NCBI GenBank assembly: GCA_000091205.1
Contig: AP006491.2
Length of the DNA stretch: 64,000 nt
Reading direction: 5' to 3' (one strand)
Source: Cyanidioschyzon merolae
Lineage: Eukaryota
Positions 30,601-41,865 of the stretch are shown here, piece after piece. The position numbers and the translations under genes were made by a program. The stretch's first letter is position 1. Every line of letters starts with the position of its first letter. The notes under the pieces are model-generated. The model searched no databases, was not told where the DNA came from, and saw only the letters and a list, made by a program, of their open reading frames with translations.

Positions 30601-32963
30601 TACGCGTCCAGTGCCCCGGCCAGACCACACATCTGGACCTCGAAAACAGAGCAGTGCTCGAGCTCTGGAAACAGCGCTATGAGCGACTCGTGGTCGCCCT
30701 TTTTGATGCGCTCGACGAGCTCACAGAGCTTCCGTATCCGCTGCCGTCCTGAACTACGCAACGTATCCCCGAACCTGTCGAGAATTTTCTGCGCTGCATC
30801 CGTTTCAACGGCACTTTGCTCTAGCACGTGCAGCACGCCCTCTTTCACAAATAGTTCTCCAAGCGGTCCAAGGTCCTGTACGCGCTCGAGCATATGCTCA
30901 ATCATACACATCACGGAAGCCCGTTCATCCTCATCAATAGGGTCATAGAGCACGTAGCCCAGCGTTGGCACAAGCTGCATAGAGAAACTCTGTATCTCTT
31001 GCTCGGATTCAAGAGCAAAAAGTGTCTTTTTCATTGCAGATATGGCGCGACGGCGGCCTTCCCTGGAGGTCTGATCATGCATCGGTGCACGAACGTTCAA
31101 CTCAAGAACCGTTTGGAGGCGCTGTACCAGCAAACGATCCGGGGCGAGAGCATCCACGAGCATCAGTGCACTGCCAATCAGCGTTTCTGTCTGCGTAGCA
31201 CGGTTCAATGGCACTGCATGGACATCAGCAGCGCCCAGTAGCTGCCCAGTCGAAGTAGATTCCTCTGCGTCCGATGCCACTCCAAGCAGATTTGCCAGGA
31301 TGGCGCCAATACCCAGGCCGCCCTGAGCTGGCGACGTGAGCATTCGCGTTCCCAAACCCTCATCCGCTGAAGCTAAACTCGAGAGCGTGCTCAGTACGAG
31401 TCCTCTGTGCCGTTTGTCAAGCGATGCTTCACCAGCAGCGAGAACAGCGACAAGTTTCTCCATGGCGCCTCCGTCGTTTGCAATTCGCCTGAGAACCTCC
31501 TGTGCGTTACTCGATGCGCTAAAGTTGGCTACTAAGCGCGCATATGCGGTCACTCCATGCTCCCGAATGCGCGTATCATCACTGTCCAACAGATGACTGA
31601 GAAGCTCAAGGGCATCCTCTACCTGTGAGAGCGCCGAATCGTTCACTCGTGCGCAGCAGTTTGCGGCAGCCGAAGAAGCCATGCGCTGTATACTGGTCGG
31701 AAAGAAGTCGAGATGCTGCAGAATCGCGCGAAGGCCTCCGCTGCGCACAATGTGATTTGGAAAATTGTAGCTAAGGCGCTCGAGTGCCTGAAGGCACTGC
31801 TCCGCTAAATCAATGTATTCAACATGGAGGAGGAAGCCGCAGAGCGCCGGTACGGCCCTGCTCTGCGCGATACTCGCACCAACGCTCGGGCTAATTTCAA
31901 CCATGTACGCTAGCGCCCGAGCTGCTAAAATCAGGAGCTCCGGCAGCTCTGGACAGTTCTGCAGGATCCAAACTAATGGACTCACCAGCTGCTCAAAGGA
32001 AAAGTTCAGGATAACATCCTCGACGCCGATTGAGAGCACCTCGCACAGCTCGTTCAACAACGCCATTAACGCGACGGTATCCGTTTCCGTGTTGCCCTCC
32101 GTGGTCAAGCTGCGCAGCTCGCTCGCGATGCGGCGCAGTCTTGCGGGGACGCTCGAGCCGCCAAAGCCCCCATGGCCAAACGATGGCAAAATCTCGCTCA
32201 GACCGGCTCCTAGATGCCGTAGGAGGCCTTGAAGTGTTCCGCCAGTCTCGGGCGGAAGCGACGAAGGCCCCCGCGGTGATGCCCCGCGACGGCGCCCGCT
32301 TTGGTGCTCTAGGGGAAAGCCCAGCGACGAGGCCTCGGGTATATCGTCGTTCGTTTCGAGCGGCAGCGAAGCGCTCGTATTAGGCTCTGTGTGCCGTCGG
32401 TACCTCGAGTGGTAGCGCCGGCGGCTCCGGCTCTCGCTTGAGTTGATAGAGCTCAGGCCGTCGTTATCCGCTCCTGTACTATCTGAGCCGCCCAGCATTC
32501 CGGCCGTGGCCTCGCGCAACGCCCGCTGACGTGAACGGCTCCGACGCATTCGCTTGGATCCTTGGCGCGTTGTTGCCGCGTGTGGTTCTTCCGCAGCGAT
32601 TTTCGACTCACTTCTCGTTTCCAGCACTCTACCTACAGGTTCCTTCTCTAAACAAGCACTCCTGCGTTTCCGGTAGCGATGCCCGTCCAACGCCTGACTC
32701 TCCACCGCGCGTTGAGTGTTCCGCGCAACCTCCGTTTTCTCGAGTGCAGCACTCTCTACAGCTCCTGCGTGCTGTCCACTCTCTACAGTTGTGGTCTCTG
32801 CCTCTTGCCTTGCGAGTCCTGCTGCTCTCTTGGCCACGTTCGCACCCTCAGTGACGGTCTCTTCCCGTGCTCCTGTGTTCCGCTCCACGTGCTGCTGCGC
32901 TCTGCTCAAGGCCGACCTTCTGCGACCCCGTGCCATCGACGCAGGGGCCCTTCTCGCCCTCAA
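27609..32963 (-). CDS. HECT-domain E3 ubiquitin ligase (UPL3/TRIP12-like, armadillo-repeat N-terminal region), 1784 aa.
   Basis: C-terminal HECT domain ending ...[40 protein letters not shown] with the catalytic Cys in TCTNY. ARM/HEAT-like repeats after a low-complexity N-terminus. Confidence 0.9.
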   Translation of the reverse strand: [1784 protein letters not shown]

Positions 32964-33192
32964 GTCCTGACACGGAGAGTTCCTCGACTAAGCGCCGCTG
33001 GAACGCACCACAGCTCCTGTCCAGCGTCTCGTGGTTGTTCCCAACCGCACCCGCCGTAGAACAGCTACAGCGCTAAACGTCACAAACAGAATAGTCACAG
33101 CGAGCGCCGCCGCTGCTCCGAGAATAAAGCCGAGTTGAGCGTGCTTTTCGATCCCAGAAACGAAAGCGATCCGGAGGTGGCGCCGCACCCGC

Positions 33193-33400
33193 ACACATAC
33201 ATACACGCATACACACATACACACATACACACATACACACATACACACATACATACATACACACATACATACACACATACACACATACATACATACACAC
33301 ATACACACATACACACATACACACATGCACACATACACATATACACACGTACACGCATACACACATACACACATACACACATACACACATACACATACAG
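33193..33400. repeat. (ACACATAC)n/(CATACACA)n microsatellite, ~200 bp.
   Basis: Direct reading of the sequence. It yields the artefactual ORFs 33095..33787(-), 32988..33485(-) and 33135..33581(+). Confidence 0.95.
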
Positions 33401-34753
33401 ATTGATAGAGACAGATAGATGGAGTCCGAGAGAACTGCCAGTGCCGCAGCAGGCACAGGCGTTCATGCTGCTGCCTTCTGGACACGTGTGGATACAGGGC
33501 CTCTCATCAGCATCGTTCTGGGGTCCAGGAAGCCTCCGCATGGCGTATTCAAGTGCGAAAACGAGAGAGGTGGTGTTCTGAGGATGAGGAAGCGTTTTTG
33601 CGCTTTCAGCGAAGGCGATGTGTGGCGCCCAGTCCTGTGATTTCCCGCATGGAGCACAGCGGCGCACGGACGCCCCAGTGCCTGGGGAGCGCTCCATGCA
33701 TGCCGTACTTTCGGTACAAGGGCGGCGCTGCGGATAGCGTCGTTCGCGCATCCGCGATTGCCTTGAACTCCATAGAAAAGAGGCCAAACTCCTCCAGCCT
33801 TGGCGAGGTCTCGACGAAAGCGGCTACAGCGCCGTGGACATGCGGACACTGGAGCTGTGCAGGGGTTACCATGAACGCTGCGCTGACCTGCAGATTGGGA
33901 GCGGACGCTTTGCACCAGGGCCTCGCCAAATTCTATGCAGTGCAGCATCGATGTATCGATCCGGACTTGTAGGGGTGTGGGATTGCTGTCCGTATCCGGG
34001 GAAGCGACCGTCGTGCGGCTCCGCGCTTTACCGTTTCCCTTTCGTATCTTTGCCTCGGGGTTGAGGGCGAGATCGATCGAACAGTATGGCTCCACCCGAT
34101 GCCGAGTTTGCTGTGCGCGTGCATTGCACTCCTGGATGCGTTGCCCTAGACGCCATCACGCAGAGAAAGAACAGCTCTCCGCAGCCTCAATAGGCGTCGT
34201 CTCTAGACGGGTCATGAGCGGTACCCATTTCCCGATACGTCGCGCTCGCTTGTGCATACTGGGCGAAGTCGTCATCGGGCAGACGGTGCTCGCTGACTCG
34301 CGTTGCTATCGCGTTCTTCGGACCGTTCTGCATGCGCACTGAAAAGGCAGGCTCCCGAACAATCGCGTCTTTCATGTTTAAGCTTGGAATCGAGGATAGG
34401 TCTCTTGTCTGCCGATGCTCGCTGAAAAGTGGTCAAATCCGCAGCGTATTACAATGCCATTGCCCATGAGTGCATGCCTCTCACACGCGACACCCTGAAC
34501 GTATGCAGACAGCATGTTATCCTGCGCTTTGCCATAGTCTTTGTATTCCGTGCATATGCGGAACCAATGAAAATGACTGCCAAAATGCTCTCCATGAACG
34601 AACCGCATGCCACGGCACGTGAGGGGATCACAGGCTATCTTCGCCCCCGGTGCCTGTCATCCGATGCGGATGCATATCTTCAGAACGCTGGTGCGCAGGG
34701 AGGCTATGCTGCAGCTTCTCCAAAGGGGCGATCTTTCAACCTATTTCGCAAGT

Positions 34754-36148
34754 TTACCTCTTTTTCGAGGAGGATTTTTTCTCTGCTAGTTCGCGCAGCA
34801 TTGAAGCGCGTTTTCGCCGAGACTGCAGCGTATTCTCGGCAACTGCCGAGCCCCGCGTTTCGCTGAAGGGCTTCTCGAGAACAACTTTTGCTGCAGCGAA
34901 ATCCTGTGCTGGAGCGGCACCTGAGGTTTGCACGTCGAGTGCCTGTTCAGTGCCCAAGGTACCCTCCGCGGCCGCCGCGAGCGCTCCCTCTGCAAGTGTG
35001 TTGACTCGCGGCATGGTTCGGGTGACGTGGAACCGACGAACGTGATGATTCCGGCTCCATATGACCCGCGCCAGCAGCCGCAAATAGGCGAGACGCTCAT
35101 CCGGCGAGAGGCTGTACTTTTCTGCGTTGCGCACAAGCTCGACAAGGATGTAGAGAAAGCTCGCATAATTCGATACGACGGGCAACACGCGAACTCGTTT
35201 CGTCCCATATGCCGAGAGACTCGGTCTACCGCCTGGGCCTGGAACGAGCCCCGAGGGCGAAGCGGCGGAAGGCGCCGGGCTAGCACCTTCGACGAAAAAA
35301 TTCGTGGATAAGAGCACGAACGGCATATAGCTACCAATGAATGGGTTCGCACTCGACGCATCGTCTCTGCGGACAAGAATCAGACTTTGTTTCCGCGGTA
35401 AGAATGCTTCGATCCCTAAAATTTTGGCATTGAATCCGCCTCGCTTGAGCGATGCCACGCGTCCGAACAGGAACCGTGGCTTGCCTTCATCAAGCTCCTT
35501 TTCTTGGTCAGCATCTGGCGGCGGCTCCCAAAGGCGATATCGCTCCGCCACCAGCAGTGGCTTGTAATACTGTCCAGAATAGTCTAGCACGGGTTCCTGG
35601 AAGTCGTCCTCTGTGGCGATGAGAGGCATAATCACTTCGTCCCCAACTCGACCCTCACCGAGCACCTCCGCAGGCAGAAACGGCACTTCACGTTTCAAAC
35701 CAAAGTCAACGCGAATGTAAGGTAGTTCCGCAGCCACAATCCGCCCCCGCAGAAGCGTCCCGCTTTTGATCTCTGCGGCCATTGGAGAGCCCTCGAACGC
35801 GGTTCCAAAGTCAGTGGCGTCCGCCGCGTCATCGACAAACGACAGCGCGTTTTCGGAGGCGGCGCTCGACTCCGCCGCGGTGTCAGACAACCGACCTGAA
35901 GACGGAAACGTTCGCTCTGAGGGCTTCACCTCTTGAGCGGGCTCCGATGTAGCCTCCGAGCCTTGTTCGATCGATGAGCTGCGCTTGCTACCGTGGCCCC
36001 CAGCGGACTTCCCACTGTCGCTGTTGCTACTGCTACTACAGCGAAATCGGAACCAGGTATCGTACACGCGCCTCGATCCCAGACTTGTGGCAGCACAGCG
36101 GGTTCCAGTTCTCAAGTAAAGCGATGTGATAACCTTGCCGAGTACCAT
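34754..36148 (-). CDS. Hypothetical protein with an S1/OB-like RNA-binding region. The S/A-rich N-terminus may be a presequence.
   Basis: A 464-aa ATG-initiated ORF. Segments GRIVAAELPYIRVDFGLKREVPFLPAEV and GGFNAKILGIEAFLPRKQ resemble S1-domain strands. The C-terminus is K-rich. Confidence 0.4.
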   Translation of the reverse strand: MVLGKVITSLYLRTGTRCAATSLGSRRVYDTWFRFRCSSSSNSDSGKSAGGHGSKRSSSIEQGSEATSEPAQEVKPSERTFPSSGRLSDTAAESSAASENALSFVDDAADATDFGTAFEGSPMAAEIKSGTLLRGRIVAAELPYIRVDFGLKREVPFLPAEVLGEGRVGDEVIMPLIATEDDFQEPVLDYSGQYYKPLLVAERYRLWEPPPDADQEKELDEGKPRFLFGRVASLKRGGFNAKILGIEAFLPRKQSLILVRRDDASSANPFIGSYMPFVLLSTNFFVEGASPAPSAASPSGLVPGPGGRPSLSAYGTKRVRVLPVVSNYASFLYILVELVRNAEKYSLSPDERLAYLRLLARVIWSRNHHVRRFHVTRTMPRVNTLAEGALAAAAEGTLGTEQALDVQTSGAAPAQDFAAAKVVLEKPFSETRGSAVAENTLQSRRKRASMLRELAEKKSSSKKR

Positions 36149-38196
36149 GCCTCATCGTTCTTTGTGGAGCAGGCGTTCGCACACGTCGCCACGCAGCAAC
36201 ACGCGATCGTTGAATTCGGCGCATGATCGACGCGCTGGTGGTGCTGTTGACGACCCCCGACTTGAAGTTCGCACAACTCCTGGGGTACGAAGCGGATTTC
36301 TGGTCACTTGTCTCGAAGCAGATAGCATTCACATACTCTGCAGATCCCAAGTAGGGCTCGTATGGTCTGCATCATGAAGAACTAGGCACGGGATTGTGAT
36401 GCTACTCGCGCATACATACGTAAACCATCGGAACTTTTTTTGCAAAAGGTTGTGGAATCTCTTCATCGGGCTGGAAAGCCTGTGTTGCACCCGGACATGT
36501 GAATGACCGATCGGAGCTCGGTTTGCAATCGTAGTGTGGCCTTTTCAGTGCGACGAGTAACATCCCCGATCGCTGGAGCGCGTTGTTCACGCTGCTATCA
36601 GAACGGTGCTATCGAAAACGATAGAGCAACAAAATGGTGACCTGTGGCGCCAATCGCCTGCGTGTTCAAGGCACAAACGCTATACTCGTGCAGACTGAAA
36701 TGAAGTACTGTAGCGGTCGCTCTGTTCTTGCATTGAAATCTTTTCCGATTTTCCTCATGCACGACCTCGACAATCGTGGTGCAGCAATAAAGGCGCACGG
36801 ATTCATTGACAATTTTATGAATCTCGGTCGTTTTTGGCGGGCCTTGTGCGACGCGTTGCCGTTCGAATTCGTTAGGTCACCAAAATTGATATGATTCGGG
36901 AAGTACTCGAAAAAGGATTCATGAAAGAACCGACATCAATATCGAATTCATGCGCGTACGCGTCCAACCTTCTCGTTTCGTTCCGTATGGCATCCTGAAG
37001 TTCAGCATGCTTCAAATCTTCGTTCTTTCGTTTTGAAGGCAACTCGTGCACTGATCAATTCGCGCAGCTGAGTAGACAAGGGAACGAATTCGACGTCGTC
37101 CCTTGACAACTATTTCACAAGCTTATGCCGAAAGTTCACTAGAATTTCACCTCAAACAGTCAAATTCGCTTGAAAGACAAATGCTGCTCTCTCTGCGGCC
37201 ATCGACGTATTGCCATTCGACGGCAGCATGATACCCTTCATGGGATATTCTCCCAGGGGCAAATGTCTCCCCTGTTTGCATACGAGATGGCGTTGGAATC
37301 GAACTTGAGTCCTTGCTGTAATCGCTTCTGGTGGAGCGCGCGTCGTCATTTTCCATGAATGGAACGTCGATCGATCGAAATTTCTCGATCTCTTCTCTAG
37401 CCTGAATTTTGTCTACCTGAACTCGACTCGTCATGGACGAACTACTGTTCCTCTTATCCTCGGTCGAATGGAAGAGCGTCCATTGGCGCCTGGGGCGGAG
37501 CGCGCACTCGCCGACGGGATCGCCCAGACGAGACCCGTGATCGCTGGCAACAGCACCGGGCGCAGCACCGGAGAAATGCATCGAAGCAAGCCCCCGTCCA
37601 GGTCATGGGCGTGTCGCGAGCGATGAGGCCCGCGTTCACACGCATGAGGGCGATCCTCGCTGGAGCAGAACGAGGACAGCGAGTGTTGGATACATAGAAG
37701 CACCGGGCCAAAAGCCAGTGACACCTCTGGAAAAGGCGCACCTCGGCTGTACGCAACGAAGATTCCCTGATCGCAACTGGCAACTGCGCATCAACGGTGC
37801 TGACAGCAACCGAAAGCTGCGAAATAGGGGCTTTAACGCTCCCGTGAACATCCTTCGACTACTGACATTGACGCTACACGCACAGGACACACACTGGTAT
37901 GGAGAATTCCAGAGAAAAGAGAACGGAAAAGGAATCAGGTGCAGAAGAAACCGAAATGGTCGCGGGTACGTCCGAGTTAGCTGATGTGTCCAGTTTTATC
38001 CGAAAATGATTAGAGTTACAGGCAGGCGCAGCGCCATACACCGTTCCGAGGGCGACGCGCGATCGCATTGCCGCTGTGTTCCGCTACGGTGGGCGAGTCT
38101 CGCCCCAGTGCGATCGCTGGCCTGAGCGAGTGCTTCGGAGCGTACGCGCCAGGTTCTCTTCTGAGCGGGGTTTGCGTCGGGCAATCGCAGGAGACC

Positions 38197-38529
38197 ATGG
38201 CTTGGGTAGCTCGTCTTTCGCACGTATTTCACGAGTTGCGAGTCGTTTACAACGCGCGCGATGCAGCCTCGGCAGGCGTGCGGCAGTTCCTGGAGGAATA
38301 CTATTCATTTGTCAAGGAGCTCAATCCGGGACTCCCTGTGTACGTGCGTCCGTTCGATGGCGTTCGAGAACCTTACGTGGCGGTGCGGCGTAGCGACGGG
38401 AGCTACGCGACGCGTCAGCTCACGAACTTGAGCGCGCGCGCAGTACTGCGCCAGATCAAGGAGCTCACAGACGTAGCGTTGCCGCTGGACCCCGTTGTGC
38501 GTCGACGCCAGCTAGCAGATATTGTATAG
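38197..38529 (+). CDS. Mitochondrial ribosomal protein L43-like (L51/S25/CI-B8 thioredoxin-like domain), ~111 aa.
   Basis: LSHVFHELRVVYNARDAASAGVRQFLEEYYSFVKELNPGLPVYVRPFDGVREPYVAVRRSDGSY fits the MRPL43/NDUFA2 family pattern. The start is set at the internal ATG (MAWVARL...). Confidence 0.5.
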   Translation: MAWVARLSHVFHELRVVYNARDAASAGVRQFLEEYYSFVKELNPGLPVYVRPFDGVREPYVAVRRSDGSYATRQLTNLSARAVLRQIKELTDVALPLDPVVRRRQLADIV

Positions 38530-38668
38530 CGCTGTGAGGGCGGGCTTGCGTCTTGTTTACCCAAGGCCAGAGAGGAGTGGTGTTTCCCCCAACCTGAAAC
38601 TTACCGCAGAAAGTATCCGCTGAGGGCGTGGGACGAGATAATCTCCGGCGAGCGGGTGCCTCGAGCCT

Positions 38669-38698
38669 CTCGTCGCTCGCTCGCTCGCTCGCTCGCTG
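38669..38698. repeat. (CTCG)n microsatellite.
   Basis: tcgctcgctcgctcgctcgctcgctg. Confidence 0.9.
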
Positions 38699-39513
38699 AG
38701 ACTGGCCGTCGGCTTGCTCTCGCGCTAGTTCGGGGGCGAGGAGGCTACATACACGTAGGGTTCCGCGTAAACATTCCGCTGTCGCACTTTTGCAGCTAGA
38801 ACCCCTAGGTGGGCAACTCGGATTGCACTGCCTCAATCAGTATCGAAGATACATGCGCGCGTGGAATAGAAACGACGCATACGAGCGACAGCCGCGCATC
38901 AAACACCATGGCCGGGTACCGGCCTCAACTTTTGCGCGTAGACTACGAAGCAGGCGGACTGCGCTCCTCTGCCAGTGAACAGGGAACACATTGGTGTAGC
39001 ACCGGTCAGTGCGGCATTCGCAGAGCTCATGGATGCCTCTGAAAACGCTTGCACAATGCCCAACTGCAGGCTGTAATCTGATCGAAGTTTCTAGGGGAAA
39101 GCCACAGTTGTACAGGCCACAGCAAATGTGCAGAGTGCATTGAGCAAGTTGTCGCGGCGGTCAGAGTGCCCATGCTACAGATATTTTCGATGTTTGCGAA
39201 TGCAGACGCTGTTCACGGGTATCAAAGCGATCGCTCGCCTGAACGCGCCAACGCGGAAGACACGTGCTGCCACGCTAGTATGATCGATGGCAAGAGCGGG
39301 TATCGCGCCACCCGCTTCCATTCTATCGTGACTACCTTGCTCGCCCATGCCCGCTACACGAAGAAACCTTGATAGGATCCCAGCGATGGCAAGCCTTGTG
39401 CATCCTAACGTCCATCGCAATCAAAGACCGCATGAAATCCGCGTGCGGATTATGAACGCAAAATGGCGCGCGCTGTGTCGACGACGTCGCACGGCGAGCG
39501 GGCCGATCGGATT

Positions 39514-40626
39514 CTAGTCAGCAGGCGATGCAGATGAACCTGCCGAATGGGGCCGCTTTGGTGGTGCTTTCGCTTGCTGTACTGCCTGTCTCATTTCAAG
39601 CAGATTCTGCATATCCTGTTCAATGTAGCAATATCCGCTCGCACGATCGATGTGCTCCAAAACTTGTAAAATCGAGTACGGGTCACGTGCACTGGCAGTC
39701 TCGAAGCGAACTAGACCGTAGTCGCCGAGAAGCTCTGCGATCGCTCGACTCAGTTTGGTACCTGGGTCATCGCCCTCTGCAATGAACATCAACGGGTCCT
39801 CGCTGTCTGCGTAGATGTCCAACTGGTACAAAAGTTGGGACGGTACGAGATTATCGCCTTCTGGACCACTGGCAGCGTCGTCGCGCAAGGTCCCGTCACG
39901 GGCGCACATCTCCGTTTCGCTCTCCAGTTCAACCAATCTTCGTTCGTACTCCGCCTGAAATAAATCCGATTTCATGAGCACGTTCACATGCGGTAGACCG
40001 AAATTCATCATTGTCATCAGGGAGATTACGGATGCCGACATGAATTTATGAGGATCCGTGCAGGTTTGAGCATCAACGATATTCACCACCACAGCTCGCA
40101 GATCAGACCAGCGCCGCTTTGGATCGTGCATCGTTAGGTAATGAATAACCTTTCGCGTTGCATTGTGATGCACAAACAGTTCGACCTGGCCCGGCATATC
40201 AACGATAACATAGTTTGCGCTGGCGTCTTTCTCGCGACGAGGCTGCGCGTCCATCTCTGGAGTGGTGCTGCGGGCGGTGTCCGACCCGTGATCGCTGCCC
40301 TGGCCATCATATATGTCTCGCAGTGCACCTTCCAGCCAATCAATGTTTTCCCAGAGATAATCCATGCAGTAGAGGAGTGCTCCGTTCGGGCCGAGCTGGA
40401 AGCGTTTCATCACGTTCTCGCAGACCACCAGCTCGCGAATGTCTATATCTGGTTGATAGGGTAGCACTTCCGTACTGCCGACACCGGGATCGAGATTGAC
40501 GAGCGCGTGCGCCCGCCCGATGCCAAGCAGAACGCGAGAAACTGCGGCACAAAAGGTGGTCTTCCCGCTGCCTGGCGGCCCCGTGACGAGTTGCACGAAA
40601 AGCGGTCGCTTGCCTGAGGGTTCCAT
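39514..40626 (-). CDS. GPN-loop GTPase (GPN2/3-like, XAB1 family), ~370 aa.
   Basis: MEPSGKRPLFVQLVTGPPGSGKTTFC (P-loop), the GPN motif in QLGPNGALLYCMDYL, and an acidic C-terminus. The start is set at the ATG at 40626; the ORF track began at a GTG at 40665. Confidence 0.85.
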   Translation of the reverse strand: MEPSGKRPLFVQLVTGPPGSGKTTFCAAVSRVLLGIGRAHALVNLDPGVGSTEVLPYQPDIDIRELVVCENVMKRFQLGPNGALLYCMDYLWENIDWLEGALRDIYDGQGSDHGSDTARSTTPEMDAQPRREKDASANYVIVDMPGQVELFVHHNATRKVIHYLTMHDPKRRWSDLRAVVVNIVDAQTCTDPHKFMSASVISLMTMMNFGLPHVNVLMKSDLFQAEYERRLVELESETEMCARDGTLRDDAASGPEGDNLVPSQLLYQLDIYADSEDPLMFIAEGDDPGTKLSRAIAELLGDYGLVRFETASARDPYSILQVLEHIDRASGYCYIEQDMQNLLEMRQAVQQAKAPPKRPHSAGSSASPAD

Positions 40627-41149
40627 TACCTCAAGCAACTCTCGGTACACTCGCGTCTCCAGCACCGGTCTTTCGGAAACAAGTCCAGCGAGTCTTCGCT
40701 CGGATTCCCGAGAACCGTAAGGCGACAGCTTCCGGTTCCGAAGCAGCGTTCATAAACTTGAAGGACTCGGGAGTCCCCTGCGGAACCAATGGACGTTTCA
40801 GACGCCCTCCAACAGTTCCGTTATCTGGCGCTTCCAACGCGTACGCAACGAGTCACTACTGCACCATGGCAGTCATACGTTTGCTGCGCGTTTCACTGAA
40901 GCGGCAGATATCGTGCGCTCGTAGCAGGCGCCCGAAGCGCACGTTCATGGAGCCTGGCGTTTCGCTGTCCTGCTGGGCGCGTACGATCAAGTACAAAATT
41001 AACCAATAAAAGAACTAAAATTAAACGTTTCTCCCCAGATGGGTGGAAACTTGGAGAAGCGCCGGCGAGGTCCCGCGCGCCGCCCTCCATTCCGCGACTC
41101 GTTTCATTGAGCATTTTCTGAAACACTCGTTACGACCGAGCGCTGAACC

Positions 41150-41542
41150 ATGACTCGTGTGAACGTCTTGTCTGATGCCCTCAAGAGTATTACGAACGCT
41201 GAGAAAAGGGGAAAGCGCCAAGTCATGATACGCCCAGCGAGCAAGGTAATCATCCGAGTGCTGCGGCTGTTGCAACGCGAAGGGTACATCGGCGACTTCA
41301 CCTTCATCGACGATCACCGCTCAGGGAAGATCGTGGTTCAGCTAATTGGTCGCTTGAATAAAGTGGCAGTCATTTCTCCGAGATATGACGTCGCGATAAG
41401 AGACTTGCAGAAGTGGTGCGACGCTCTGCTCCCGTCAAAGCTGTTTGGGGGTCTGATCTGCACGACCAGCTCGGGAATCATGAACGACGCAGAGATGCGA
41501 CGCCGCCACGTCGGCGGTAAACTGATTGGTTTCTATTACTGA
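41150..41542 (+). CDS. RPS15A: 40S ribosomal protein S15a (uS8), 130 aa.
   Basis: [50 protein letters not shown]...[23 protein letters not shown]...[11 protein letters not shown] is collinear with eukaryotic S15a over its full length. Confidence 0.95.
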   Translation: MTRVNVLSDALKSITNAEKRGKRQVMIRPASKVIIRVLRLLQREGYIGDFTFIDDHRSGKIVVQLIGRLNKVAVISPRYDVAIRDLQKWCDALLPSKLFGGLICTTSSGIMNDAEMRRRHVGGKLIGFYY

Positions 41543-41865
41543 GCATATCTGCCTGCAAGGTTCATCGTCGACTTTGTTTTATCGGCGTCTTGTTAGGACC
41601 AATACAGCCGGTGCCGAGAAGCATGCTGGACCACAGCGAAGCCTCGACGGTCGCAGACTAGCCTGAGCCTTCCAGTGGGCGTCGGTTTTTGAGGCGGGTG
41701 CGTGTTTCGCAGGAGCTGCCCCATCGTTCTTCAGATGGGACCAAAGGCCATCATTCCAGAAGCGGGGAAAAGTTTTTGACGGAAACTGGTCGATTTAAGT
41801 CAAATTGCACGATACAGAGGAAACTCGAGCGCGTAAACGAATCCCACACACGTTCAAGTTATCGT

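Noticed and set aside
33095-33787. A 230-aa ORF rich in CMCVCVYV repeats, with companions on both strands.
   Set aside because: It is a translation of the (ACACATAC)n microsatellite.
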